Positions 27,712-42,359 are shown, counted from the whole stretch's first letter. The stretch is 63,696 bases of DNA, filler included, from Conidiobolus incongruus B7586 (GCA_000697335.1; 10 parts of 10 records of this genome joined end to end with filler, not necessarily neighbours in it); one strand, 5' to 3'. A program made the numbers and translations. The notes: generated by a model from the sequence alone, not told the origin.

Positions 27712-29533
27712 TATTAAGTAGAAATCTAATCTATATACTAATATGTAATAAATATAAAAAATCAATTAAAACTAGCTTAACAATTATTACCTTAAATAAT
27801 AAAAACTATTATTAGACTTTAAAAGAAAAACTACAAGATGATAACTTTTATTTGATAATTAAAGCTAAAATAGAAGAGAATAATAAGAAAACATTTTCTA
27901 ATTATAAAATATTCTAAATATTAAATGGTTAGTAATATAAACATGATAAATTATATATTCTAGAAGTTTTTAACCTTCAATTAAAGATTTTAGAATAATA
28001 CCACAATTATAAGTTAAGTGGATATTAAAGTTAGATTTATCTTATAAATAATATTCAAGCAAAATATTATATACTAAAATTAATTAAGTTGGTAAAAAGC
28101 TACTATAGATTTTGTAATAGTTGTTAAAAAAATAAATATAGTATAAAAAAAATAGTTGGTAAATTAAACTCTTTACCTTTACCATTTAAACCTTAAACTC
28201 AAATATAACTCAACTTTATAAAAATAACTAAGTTAAAAACAAGCTATGATAATATTTTAGTAGTTGTTGATTTATATAATAGATTTGCTTATTTTATTCC
28301 TATTTATAAAATAGTTACAATGCTTAAAATAGCTAATTTATTAATTAAAAAAATGATTTTATTATATAAATTACTTATTACTATTATCACTGATAGAGAT
28401 TTTAAATTTACTTTGAAATTTTAGAAAGCTTTTATAAAGCATATAAATATTAATATGAAGCTTAATATCATTTGCCATTATTAATTAAATAAACTAGTTT
28501 AAAAAGTTATTCAGACTTTAAAAGAGATAGTTAGAAATTATATTCATTTTAATTAAGATAATTAAGAATCTCTTTTATTTTATTTACTATTTGCTTATAA
28601 TAACTTAATTAATTAGTTTAGTGATTTAACTCTATATTTTATAAATTATAATTAATATCCTAATTTATTAATTAGCTTTAACTTAAATATTATCATTAAT
28701 AAGTTTATCATAGATAAATTACAAAGATTTGAATTAATCCACCAAATAGTTTTAGAATTAACTCAGTTGAAAAAAATATACAATGAAAATTATTATTCAA
28801 AATTCCACAAAACTCTACTTGAATATAAATCTAAGTCCTTAGTTTTTTTAAATATAACAGATATACCTTTCACCAAGCAAATATCTAGAAACAACATAAA
28901 TTAAAAGCTTATACTATGCTAGATTAAACTATTTTATATTTTTAAAGCAGGCTCTAAACCTAGAAATTTTGAATTAAAATTATCAAAAACTTATAAATAT
29001 CATCTAGTCTTCTATACCTCATTGTTAAAACTATATCATTATCCTAAAAATAAGTTTCTTGATTAAAATTTCAAAGAACCTTTATTACCTATTATTAATA
29101 ATTAAGGGGATAAAGAATATTATATTAATGAAATTCTTACATATAAAACAAAATATAGAAATCCTTATTATTTTATAAAATGGTTAGGTTATTTTAATTT
29201 TAAATCAACTTAAGAATTACTTAGACTAATTAAAAACACTTATACTTACCTATTTTATATCAAAAAAATTAAAGGGAGTAAGACTATATCAATAGCTTAA
29301 TATAATCTAGAAGGGGTGTAAGTATTATAACAATTACTACTTAATTAATATTTTTTCTCAATCTAATTTATTATTAAAGACTTAATTATCCAAATTAGGT
29401 TTTATAAACATTTTACAAATCTTTATATTTAAGTAACTTTACTATTACTTAACCTTATATACTTATGTATTATATTCTACTTAGTTATAAGAAAAACTTA
29501 GATTTTTCTCTTTAGTTTACACTTAAGCTTATA

Positions 29534-31102
29534 TACTAACCTATAAAAGTAAGTTATAAAATCAAATATATATATATTTTAATTAATAACTAAAACAATT
29601 ATATATATTAATTTACTTAAAATTATAATATATAATTAAAGTATATTATTTGATTATAAATAAATATATTTAGATATATTAAGTAAACTATTAGTAAAAA
29701 TATTAACCTTTAATATTTAACTAAGATGAGTTATAAATTTGTAGGTTTTTGAGATAAAAGGATATATTTAACAATATATAACTATATCTTTTCTCTCTCT
29801 TTGCTATTATTTTATATAATATTTTATAGATATACTAAATTTTTTTATTAGTATTATTATACTTAAATCCCTCTCTAAAAAAATCTAATTGTATATTAAT
29901 TAACCTTATAAAAAAAAAGAATTCAACTTGTGATATTGCTAGAATTACTAGTGTTAACTAGTCTACTATAGTTAAAGGTATTAAGAATAGCAATAAAAAC
30001 ACATTTAAACTTATACTTAAGTATATTAAAATTATAGATGAATATGATAAGAAGTATATCTATAGGTTAGTTAATACAAGTAAGTATAATATTACTGTAG
30101 ATATATAATAGAAATTATAAGACTATACAAGAATATTAGTTAACACTAATATTATTATATATATTTTATATTAGCATAGATACCACTTACACTTTAAGAA
30201 AAAACACCCCTAATTAAAAAAATCCCATTGTAAAATTAAGTAGGAGTTTAAATGTTACTACTAATATTAAATTAAAACTAATTAGAGTAAGGTTATTTAA
30301 TCTAATAAAACAAAAATATACTTTAGTAAATTTGATAGAAAAGTTAAATACTTTAAAAAAGATACAAAACTACTTTGTAATTATTATGTTAATTTTACCT
30401 TAAAGTACAATAATAAATTAATTATTGTTTAAGGATATATGTTGTTTTTAGATATAAGATATCTTTATAAAGTTAATAGGGGAATTAATACTAAAATATA
30501 CTAAAGTATTCTAAACAATAAATTAAAAAAACTATTAAATAGTATAGGTTAAACAAATCTAATATTATTTTTTAATAAGATAATACCTTATATTATACTA
30601 TAGCTTCTACTACCAAATAACTTAAAAATAACAAGATAATAGTTATAAAGTAGCTTTTTTAATTTTTTTACTTTAACCTAATTAAACACTTTTAGAATTA
30701 GTTAAAAAAAGCTATTAAAGTTTTCCCTCCAATAAAAAAATTAAATCAACTTTAAAAATATATTAAAGGAGTATAAAACAAGATTAACCCTTTTTAGTAT
30801 AAGAAGTTAGTTGATTCTATACCTTACAAACTTAAAGAAGTTAGAAAAGTTAAAGCTAGATATATTAGGTTTTAATTTTCTTATCACTAAAAACCAACAA
30901 ATTTATAACTTATCTTAGGTAAAATTTAAGTATTTATATTTTAACCAATTAATAGCTAAATATCATCATATAATGATATATATTATTAATAAATATAATA
31001 GATTTTGATTATTTAATTTAAGTTTATTTTATTAAATATTAATCAAGTTATTAGTAAAAATATAAGTGTTTTTGATTTTAAAACTCACTTTACAGATTAG
31101 TG
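29534..31102 (+). mobile_element. Full-length Tc1-like copy (1569 bp) inserted in the inner gypsy 3' LTR
   Basis: TA-tactaacctataaaagtaagttat ... actcactttacagattagtg-TA. Flanks rejoin to match the 5' LTR at 22691-22720. Confidence 0.94.
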
Positions 31103-33090
31103 TATTACTTCTTACATAAATAAACTTTTTCCTTAACTATTAATATATTTCTTATTATTATTAGTTAACACCTTAATATTAAAGGATTTAATTATTATAT
31201 ATTTCTTAAAGATTTGAGTAACCTACTTCTTTTACCCTTAACTATTGTTATTCATTTATACCTATTATAAAATTTTATAAATTATTATATTTAATAGAAA
31301 TATATAATTCAACACTTAATTTTAAAAGCTATTATCTTTTTTCTTTAAGATTAATCTAATTATATCTATTATTAATTATTACTAAATTAATAAACTTGTT
31401 GAAAAAACTATTAAAATCTTAAAATAAATGATTAAAGCTTTTATTAAAATTAATTAGTTAAATTAAAATACTTATATCTATTAACTTTAATATTTATTTG
31501 AAATTTTTACTAATAAATCAATAGGTTTTAATTTTTATTCTATTAATTATAATAAATAACTTAATTTAATAGTTATTTCAAAACTTTAAATCAACTTATC
31601 TTTAAATATTGTTGAATTTTAATTATTATAAATATAATAATTCTTTTGTTAAATTTAACTTAAAACAAAATTAAAAGATTATAAAATAATAATATTTAAA
31701 GTTATTTAGAAATCCTCTTAAATATAAAGTTAATATGTTAATATACTTAGAATAATTTACCTTTAAACTTATCTTACTTTAATCTACCTTAAATCTATAA
31801 TACTTATTATTATATTATAATCCCTATAAAATTTAGTTTATTGATTTAAATTTTGAAAATATTATTTTAAAATTATCTCTAACTTTGAGAATTAACTTTA
31901 CCATTTATATATATAAAAACAAACTTTATTTCAAAGATTTTAATACTTTTTTTAATTAATTAAAAACTTTAAAATTCAATTTAATTATTAATTAAAATAG
32001 ATAAAATGAATATTATATTAAATATATAATTAAATCTAAATCTATTAAGAATAAACTTTATTTCTATATAAAATAAATAGGTTATTCTATTAAAGTAATT
32101 ATATCAGAACCCTTAGAAAATATTAAGAATATTTTAATTTATTATATCTATTTATAAAAATCTAAAAAGTATGTCTCTTTTAAAAACTTATTTAAAGAAT
32201 ATTAAAAGACTAATTTTTTAAATTCTTATATATATTTCTATATAATATAATTAATTATAAATTATATAATTAAATTATACTTTTATAACTAAATTAATTA
32301 TATAAATAGCATTGAATTATTTAATAAACTAGGTTTTGCTTTTTTCTCTCAATTTTTATTATTCTTTATCTTTTACATTATTTTTAAGGTTAAGACTATA
32401 TTTTATTAATACTATAATATATTAGAGTTATTTATTATAAATTAAATATATCAGTGACTTATCTCTATTCAAAACTTAATTAAACTTTATTTATATTTGC
32501 ATATTACAACTATATTATAATACTNNNNNNNNNNNNNNNNNNNNNNNNNNNNNNNNNNNNNNNNNNNNTTAATTAATTAANNNNNNNNNNNNNNNNNNNN
32601 NNNNNNNNNNNNNNNNNNNNNNNNTTAAAATTAAAATTAATTAATAAAAAAATAAAATAAATATCATATAATTTAACTAAAATTTAAAAAAGTTAGAATA
32701 GCTATTATTAAACAATACTTATTAAAATATAGCTAGAAATGAAAGGTTTTATAATAAATCATTATAATTGATGAATATTAAATCTTTTTATATAATCTTT
32801 TATTAAAATATTAATCAAAATATTAGATTAAGTTAAATCAACCCCCTTTATAAATTTCTTTAAATAAATATTATATTAATACCAAATATTTATTATTATG
32901 AAAAATTATAATAGTATATGTTATTCTTATTTAACTCTTAAAAAATTAATTAATAGTTGATTTTATATTTTGTTTTTTATACAAAACTATTTTTAATTGG
33001 TTTTGTTAATATAATTAAAAAAACCTATATTTTTTATAATAATTATAAAATATATAAATCTAAAGTTATAAAAAACTTATTAATTAAATA

Positions 33091-33205
33091 TTACCATAGA
33101 ATTAAAAAAATGGGAAATTTTTAAATTTCTGATTTTTCAAACATATTATTAGTTTCAAATAAGCAAATATATACAAAACAAATAGGAAAATAAATAGTTT
33201 TGAAT

Positions 33206-33241
<36 letters not shown>

Positions 33242-34363
33242 ATATTTTTTTTGATTAAAAAATTAATTTTTTAAAATTAGTTGTTTAATTTAATTATGCT
33301 TAAACCAAATAATAACCATTAAAAGTTTTTTATTTTAGTATTAATAAAACTTAACCACAAACCCTCTAAAATCATTTAAAATTTACAAACAACTTTTAGT
33401 AATAAAGTATTATCTAAATTAACAATTTATCACTAGGTAAATTACTTTAAAGTTAGGAGAGAAACTACCCAAAACCTGCTAAAATCTAAAAAACTAATTT
33501 CAACTGTTACTCTTCCAATTGTTGATAAAGTAAAAAATTATATTAAAAAGCACCTTTTTATTTCAGTTAGAGAATTATCAAAACACTTTAATATTAGTCA
33601 CCCAAGTATTTTATATATATTAAAGTTTAAATTAAAATTAATTAATAAAAATATAAAATAGGTATCTTATAATTTAACTAAAGCTTAAAAAAAGCTAAAG
33701 TAGCTATTGTTAAATAAAACTTACTAAGGTATAACCAGAAACCAAAGTTTTTACAGTGAATTATTATAATTGATGAATCTTAAATTCCTTTGTATAATCC
33801 TTTGCTAAAACATAAATCAAGGTGTTGAATTAAGCTAAATCAACCCCCTCTATAAATTCCTTTAAATAAACACTTTATTGATAAGCAAATGTTAATTATA
33901 GCAATAGATTATAATAGCATATGCTATTCTTATTTAGTTTTTAAAGGAAAATCTATTAATAGTAAACTTTATATTTCTTTTTTAAATAAAACTATTTCTA
34001 ATTAGTATTCTTAATATAATTTGAGAAGACTTATTATTTTATATGATAATTGCAAAATACATAAATCTAAAGTTGTAAAAAACTTTCTAATTAAAAATAA
34101 CTGGAAAAAACTACCATATCTAGTATATTCTTTAGATTATAACCTATGTGGTTATAATTGTTTTAGGCAATTAAAAAACTAGCTTACAGGAAAGAAAATT
34201 TTTATAGGAAAATTTAATTGGTTTGTAAAATATCAAATTTCAGTCTTTAATAAAAAAAACTATTTTTTAGGTGTTAGATCTTTGTTAAAAGTATAGCAAA
34301 AAGTTATTAGAAATAAAAAAAATTATTAATTTTATATTATATATTTATTTTTACTTTTTATAT
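33091..34363 (+). mobile_element. Near full-length mariner, right TIR lost in gap
   Basis: TA-ttaccatagaattaaaaaaatgggaaattt. MLKPNNNH... IIIDES ... YDNCKIHK ... LDYNLCGYNCF. Same subfamily as the 20241 and 62070 copies. Confidence 0.93.
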
Positions 34364-34596
34364 NNNNNNNNNNNNNNNNNNNNNNNNNNNNNNNNNNNNN
34401 NNNNNNNTTAATTAATTAANNNNNNNNNNNNNNNNNNNNNNNNNNNNNNNNNNNNNNNNNNNNCAAATTTCAATTGTTAATAAAAAAAATTATTTTATAA
34501 ATATTAAGAGTTGGTTAAAAATATAGTAAAAAGTAATTATTAATAAAAGAAACTATTAAATTTATATTATATCTTTATTTTTATATATTATATATT

Positions 34597-34994
34597 TGTT
34601 AAGAGACTAGTTCTCTAAATTCTTATATATATTTCTATATAATTCAATCAATTATAAATTATATGGTTAATTTATACTTTTATAGCTAAATTAATTATAT
34701 AAATAGCATTGAATTATCTAATAAATAAAGTTCTTTTTTTTCCTCTCAATTCTTATTATTTCTTATTTTTCATATTATTCTTAAGATTAAAACTATATTT
34801 TATTAATATTATAATATATTAATATTACCTAATATAAATCTTAATATATTAATGACCTATCTTAGTTCAAAGCTTAATTAAACTGTTTATATTTGCACAC
34901 TATATCTTATATTACCTTACCATATTTTATGCCATTAATTTTTATATTAAGTCTTCTTTTATATTATATTGGTTTAATTACTATTATATTTATA
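34597..34994 (+). repeat. Solo LTR of gypsy family A (398 bp)
   Basis: Starts TGTTAAGAGACTAG and is collinear with the 15514 and 32200 LTRs. Flanked by atatt / atatc (5-bp TSD with one C>T). The homologous empty site in the 12420 mariner has a single atatc. Confidence 0.85.
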
Positions 34995-37900
34995 ATATCA
35001 AAATATTTATTTATTTTTAATCACAAAAAATCTATATAATTTAAATTATAAAGTAATATTAATTATTTATTATAACAGAATTATATTTACAAAAAATTAA
35101 ATAGAATTTAATAATTTTTATAATAAGGGTAAACTCAAGTATTTAAAGGAATCCCTTAAAAAAATATAGAATATAATGCAAACAGCCAAAAAAATTGGTA
35201 AAATAAAGAAAAAACAATTGGGTTAAATTAGTATAATAAAGAAGAATATTTTCTTAGGAAAGGTGAATAGTTTAAATATTTCAAATTTATTAAAAAAAGG
35301 CTAATAATATGGAATTTTCAGAATATCACAAGTTTTTAGACTAGGGGTTAAAATATACCCATCATATTGAAATTTTGCTAAAATATTTACAAAAACATAT
35401 AAAAATAAATTAAGAAAGTAAAATTAGTTTTAAAATAAATATTTATTATTTTTTTATATTTATCCTTCAATTATCATTAATTCTTTATTTTTGATATTTA
35501 TTAATTCTTTGAAATCTTTAATTTATCAAGTGGTTATGAATCTTGATATATCAAAATAGAATATTAAATAAAGATATACTATAAATACATATTATATTAA
35601 AAGTTTAATTAATTTTGAATAGTAATTTTTGTTTTATAATTGACGATATAAAAAATTTTTTCTATATTAAAATCATTTATAATATATATTTTAATTTATA
35701 TTAATGTTAATAGAATTAACTTGATTTATGTTGAAAAATTTCTTAATAATATACAAAAACCTAAAGTTTTTATTAACTTATAATCATAATTATAAAATAT
35801 TCTTTGAAATCTTAATACTATTATTATTTAACAAGTATATTAAAATATTTCCTTAATTTTATTAAAACTGGTTTTATTACATTATATATTTATAATCTAA
35901 GATCATTTATTAATATTTATATTTATATTTTGAACTTGACTGAAATATAAGAAAAATAGACAAAAGTTAAAAGAATTTAATATTAAAATATTGGTAAGTT
36001 AAAAGAAATATGAAAAAATAAAGATACTAATAGTTTTTAATGTTAATTAAATAAAATGATATATTATATAAAACAATTAATTCAATCTTATAATTTCAAA
36101 TTTAGAAATAATAAACCCATATTACAAATAAATATATTCTGTTATTGATATTTATATTATACTTTATACCATTATTAAATATTGATATTTCTTGATTGTA
36201 TTTTATATTATCTTGTAATTAATTTATATTTATTATATAAAAATTAAACTAAATATTTTAGAATTATATTTTTATTTAGTTATGATTTTTTTAGTATTCT
36301 TTGAAATTATAATTTATAAAACTATTATTAAATTTTAATAAAATATAATAATTTCGATAATTTTATCTCAAACGGATGTTTTAATCGAATAATCTAATTA
36401 GTAATTTCCAAAAAAAATATTTTCTAGGATTTGCTATTTCAAATAATCATTATAATTTATTTTTTCTTTGATATAAATTACCTGTACTATATTATTAAGT
36501 TATTACCTTTATTTAACTCAAATTTATTTTATTTATCTTAAAAAAATAAAGTAATTACCAAATATTAATATTCGATAATATTATCCTCCAAAATACATAC
36601 ATTATATTATACAATTTTACAATTATTTTTGATTTTTCAATTTTATTTAAATTAACGATCTAAATTTGACAACTAAATTTTGAGATTTAAGTATATAGAG
36701 TAATAATAATAAGAATAAAATTATATATCAGGATAAAATATATTAATTAAAAACAATGTTATTTAAAGTAGAATTTGATGATGAATTTTAATATAATAAA
36801 TCAATGTATATATTTGTAATTTTCTTTAATATCATAATATTATTATCTAATACTCTTTATATATACATAAGGCACAATATAAATAATACTGATTAATAAA
36901 CCTTATTTGGGTGTTAGTTAAATTCATAAATTAAAAATATAGTGATTTAAAATATGCGTGGCTAGAATTGCAATATAATATTAAGATGGTATAATTACAA
37001 TAATTAAGGTATCATATTAAAATAGTAATAGCAATATATAATAAAATCCTTAATTCAAATAAAAATTTAAATTATAATTAAGGGATTACCTCAATCCCAT
37101 ATATTTGAAAATTAACTAAATAATATAAATTAGGATAGTTTATTATAATTAATAGAATAATTTTTAAGAATCAAGTGATAGAAATTTAATTAAGAGTTAA
37201 TTATAAGCAAGAATAAGGGAACAAAACTTATTAATCAAATTCAATTAATATATACAATTCCTTTTATATAAACTTGAATTTAAGAAAATGATTAAATATA
37301 GAGTTAAACAAAATAATATATAAGTTATAAACATATAAAAGTTAACAAGGACTTTGAGGTTTGGTCTCTTCACAAAATTCAATTCAAAATTTCGACTTTA
37401 ATAACAAAGGTTATATATTATGAAATATTCTCCAACATAACCAGATTAATTTTAATTTTGTTTTTTAAAGATAAGCACACGAAAAGATTCAAAGTGGTAA
37501 TATTATTAATAAAAAGGTTAATATCAATAATTAAATTATAATAAATATCTAAATTATACACAAGATATGAGATAAATCAAATATGACAATTGATATTTTT
37601 AATTATCAGAATTTATAATTAATCAATATTATTTAATTATTTTTAAAAACTTTGAAAATCCTTATTCTATTAATATTTTAATAAATATAATTAAATTATA
37701 AAATTTTAATTGCTCTGTTATATTATATTAATCAATAGAATATAAAAGATTATGTTAAATATAATTTTTTATAGTTAATATAAAATATTTTGGGAAAAAA
37801 ATTTTGATATTATATTCAGTTAACTTTAACCTATAATTATCTATATTGAAATTAATTAATTTTCTAATAAATTATAATTTTCCTAGTATAAATAATTTAA

Positions 37901-40900
37901 TTAAATTTTTTTGGTATTTATTTAAAATAAAATTATATAATAAACATAAGGTTATGATATCAACCTATTAAATTTATATAATGGTTTTATATTTATTATA
38001 ATAAATTTGATTTTCCAAAATAGGAAATATTTTCAGTAAGATTGGTAATATACAGCCTTTTGGAGGGTAACTAGATATGTGATAGCCAAAATTGGATGCT
38101 TTTAAGATTGGAAATTTAATTGAATTCATGTTAACTAAGAACTATGTTGAAATTAATTATCTCAAAATTGGGGCTTAATATTTATTTTTATTAGTTACGA
38201 ATCAAGGAAGAGAAGATATCATATTTTTAGAGAGCAAAGGAAAATAAAATATGAAGTATTAAATAATTGAGAACTATTTGTATACTTACAAACTTAGAAT
38301 AGGTTGTTTATTTCGCTGATTAATTTAATTTGCAGTTCTTGCTACTCTAGTTATTGATTTGTTAGTCTTATTGATTCCTTGATTCAGTGTGGAAATTGAA
38401 GCTGTTATGATGGTGGCAGAGAATAGCCTACAATGTATCTTGAAGCCAATTACACTATTCTGATGTTAAAACATAAACCACTTTTCAATTACTATATTGT
38501 TACATTTATTCAAATAAATTTATTAGCATTATCTTGAAAAAATCGAATATTGGAGATATAATTAAGTTTTTGAGGTGTTAATTAGAATATAAAATATGAA
38601 TATTACTAATTATGATAGAGAGAAAATCCCTGGTTTTATCTAACATCAAATATAAAGATTTTTAATATCCTAATATATATTTCTAATCAATTAATATTTA
38701 ATATTTTGCTCATCCATTTATATTAAAAGTTAATAATTTGCTCCAATTATATTTTATGTAATTAATAAATTACAATATAGGACATAGCTTTGAAGTTACA
38801 ATTTAATTAAATTACAATAAAAATTGCATCAACAAATAAATAAGATATGCTATTATAATCATTAAATAAATATATATAAATACAATGATTATATTAAATT
38901 TTAACAATTTTTTGTAATATATTATGAACAAATTATTATTTTAATACTATTAATTGGACAATTAATATTTTATCCATATCAATATAATCATTGAAAAATG
39001 ATCATATATAGGGTTTATATAAGGAAAGATATTGAAAAAAAGTAATTTTTTCAAGTGATTTCAATTTAATTAATTAACCCAATAAAAATTTATTTTTAAA
39101 TTCCTCAAAATCCCAGTTGTTTATCATTATATTACAAATTCATTATATATATATTGAACTTATTAATTCCTATATTAATTAATTTAAACTATTTTAATCT
39201 ATACTTGATTTTAAAATTAAAATCAATACAAATATTTTGGGTATTTATAAACTAGTATAGATATTAATTTTCATTTAATGAGTTAAATATCATATTTGTT
39301 ATTTTCCTGAATATTCTTCTTTATATAATATACTAATAATCAAACAAGTAAATATTTCAATGGATGATAAAAATAGAAAGTTAGGAAGTCGTCTGTATTC
39401 ATTTAATTCTCCTTATTTATAGGTTATAAAAGCTATTCATGTTCAATATAACTATTTAATTATTTCATAATTATTTAAAAATAGTTCTCATAATAAGAAG
39501 TTGGTATTATGAAATCAATTACAATATATTATAATTTAATATTTATGATATTCATTTGAAAATAGTAATTTCTGAATATATATTTAAATTTTACTCTTAT
39601 TTTTCCTAATTAACTATTTTCTTATTATTTTATTAATCAATTACTGCGCAATCATTCTTTTTAGAATGTGGTGAAATTGATGATATTTAAAAAATACCGA
39701 AGTAATTACCTAAAATTCATTTTAGATAGTTGTAATGCATAATAGAAAAAAATAGATGATTTTGAGTGTTACAAGGCATATCCCGAATCATGAAATATAA
39801 TGAATCTAAAATTAATAATAATGATGGTGCAAAAATTACGGTGTATTTGTGATTATCACAATTAAAATATTTGCTAATGTATCATAATCAAAAAAGTGAT
39901 CAATCATTTTTAGTTATAAATTATAATGTGGAATTGTTCATTATAAATTAAAATTATTGTTTATGTAATATTATTACTATTTGATATGAGTTTTACTTGG
40001 TAATTTTGATGAAACTTTGTAATATTGGAAGGTGTCAGTAATTTTGATGTGCCTATATTGTAAATAATTACAATTCTGTTACGATATTAGTTATTCAAAA
40101 TCTCAATATTTGTTAATAACACTCTGTTATCAGATGATCTAAATATTAAAACATCTTCGATAATATTGAATATGATATAAACATTCTACTATATAAGGAA
40201 ATCATATCTTATTGCAGGATAAAGGAGTAAAATGAAAATTTTTCTTTCAGTAAGTGCATCATCATAGAAATATATAATTTATTCAATAAAAATACAATGC
40301 TGTTTATATCATATTTTTAATCAAGTTATACTAATTTTTAATTGTTAATTAAATGGTAAAATTACAACTCTTGATAGATAAATAATTTTTGTGATAGGTA
40401 TTTTGTATATTCATAATTAAAAGCCATTGGGGATAGTATTGTATAAGCTCTCAGGAACTTGAAATTAAAGTTAAATTACCTCGCTGAATTTCACTCTTTG
40501 GGTAGATATCAAAAATTTTTGGGTAACATCCGATTCAGAAAGTGGGAATGATTAGACTATGAATAGAATAAGAATTATTAAATTCTCAAACATTGCAAAA
40601 AAATAAACACCAAACTATTTTAAGTAAAATTGAAAATTTTTTGTATAATCATTAAGTAGATATGCTAGTTTTAATGATCAGGTTTAACACAAATATTATA
40701 GAAGAGAAATAATTTTGATAAACAATGTAAATACTGAATTTTATGAAAAATTTATTATTATTCAAAATATTTGGGTTCATTTTTATGCAATTTGGCAATT
40801 AAATATCTGCATTAATCCTAATAATTCAATAAATTAATTCAGCTAATGATAACTACCAAAATTTCAATTTATATTTAATAACTAGAAATTCATTTAATTT

Positions 40901-42359
40901 GATTTATTCAGGTTGTATAATATTTATTCTTATTTAACTTATTATTAGATATCGGATATAACAAACTAGAAATGTGTATATCAATAATATTTAATGTTAA
41001 ATTTTATATAATAAAAAACCAATAAGTCTAAAAAAGATTGTCAAGTGATAAAAGTAATATTGAAAACTATCTTGAAAATTTACATCACATTTTAATTCAA
41101 AAACATTCATTGATTATATATCAGTTTTATCATACAGAAGTAGAGTTTAATATAGTATTGAAATATTTTAATTAACATTAATAAAATAATAGAACAATCT
41201 AAATTTAATTTATATTTTAGTCGATGTTTTCAAGGAGGGGTTGAAAAATTCAATTAAAGTGAAACGGAATTTGGCATTTGACAACGCGACAAAATAAATA
41301 ATGATTTAATTCGTAATTAAAATTTCACCTATATGAAATGGCAACCTTTTGATGTATGAACCTGAATGAAGAAACTAGAGACATAATAAAGAAATAAGAT
41401 TTTGTTTATTTACTAATATAATGAAAATTATGTAATCAAAAATTTGTTAATAAGTCAGAAAATTTTCAAAATAAATACATAATTGTTAAGGTAGCCAATT
41501 CTGTTTGAATTGTTTTTATAATTATTAATTAGTAATCCTATATATGTATAACCATAAAATATTTATATCTCCACTACACTTATTTTAAATAATATTATGA
41601 TGATGTAATTTCTTTTTTCTCTATTATTCAACTGAATTTGTTTAATATTACATATAATGCATACAAATAAGAAAAAATAGTAGTTAAGCAATTATCTAGT
41701 ATACTCAAATAAAATTTAATTAACAATTCACTAATATGTTTAACAAATTTTAGTCTATTATTTTATATTTATATACATTATTATTTGAATTAATTATATC
41801 AAGTCCGAATTAAAATTTATGCAAATGAAAATGATTAGTAAATTGATTAAAAATTAGGAAATGAATACTTTACTTGCACCACATTCTGTTAAATTTCCGG
41901 TTATGCAATCAATTTGAAAAAAAAAGATTCAAGATTGTAAGGTTTCACTCATTATTTACCATTAACTTCCGCATATTCCGATGATTAATTAGTTGGTGTC
42001 ATGTTATAAAATACACTGAACCATAGAAATTGTTTGACTCTTATAGTACCTTATATAATATAATATTTCTTCCGAAAGTAATTAATTGTTTTACCATTAG
42101 ATTGGTTTTAAAGACCAGTTTTATTGCATACCTTTGTTTGTTGCACATAAAAATATTAAAACCATTCATGATAGAAAGTAAAATTTTTAATTTCAATTGT
42201 CAAAATTATATAAAAATATAAATTTTAATGATATTTGAAGTATCCAATCAAATAGAATTTATTTAATGTGATTTATATTTTTAACCAAAGTTTGAATTTA
42301 TCACTCTTGTTTTAATTGGTGTATTTTTCAACTAATTGTTGGTGTTCATAGATTTAAAT

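Larger units (their letters stand above)
22489..31260 (+). mobile_element. Complete inner Ty3/gypsy chromovirus-like element (family B) with CCTAT target-site duplication; carries two Tc1 insertions
   Basis: CCTAT at 22484-88 and 31261-65. LTRs 22489-22862 and 29317-31260 (split by Tc1). PPT agaagggg before TG at 29317. Gag Cys/His motif at 23831, RT CYLNNIL ~25269, RNase H NKIID(I)LSR, integrase ~27950-28660, chromodomain EYYINEIL...FIKWLGY...ST*E 29116-29220. Confidence 0.93.
15514..32524 (+). mobile_element. Outer Ty3/gypsy chromovirus-like element (family A): 5' LTR 15514-17472 (split by Tc1), gag-pol 17473-20240, 21551-22488 and 31266-32199, 3' LTR 32200->32524
   Basis: Direct LTR repeats begin t(g/a)ttaagagact. 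Degenerate RT LNAKNSYYNIKI (~19580) and IYLDNI (~19714), integrase (~31370), chromodomain EYYIKYIIKSK...YIK*IGYS...SEPLENI (32008-32130). Confidence 0.82.
32625..35056 (+). mobile_element. Old mariner copy hosting a younger mariner (33091-) and a solo LTR (34597-34994)
   Basis: 32625-33090 matches the mariner catalytic region. 34464-34596 and 34995-35056 match the C-terminus, 3' UTR and TIR of the 12420 copy. Continuity across the gap is inferred. Confidence 0.75.

Noticed and set aside
33205..33241. (TA)n microsatellites (also ~2697, 21422, 52021, 62185)
   Set aside because: A variable-length tract within the mariner 5' UTR, not independent loci.
38000..40620. Slightly GC-richer patches that might be gene relics
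   Set aside because: No sustained frame or recognisable motif on either strand by eye. Frameshift-aware BLASTX would be needed.
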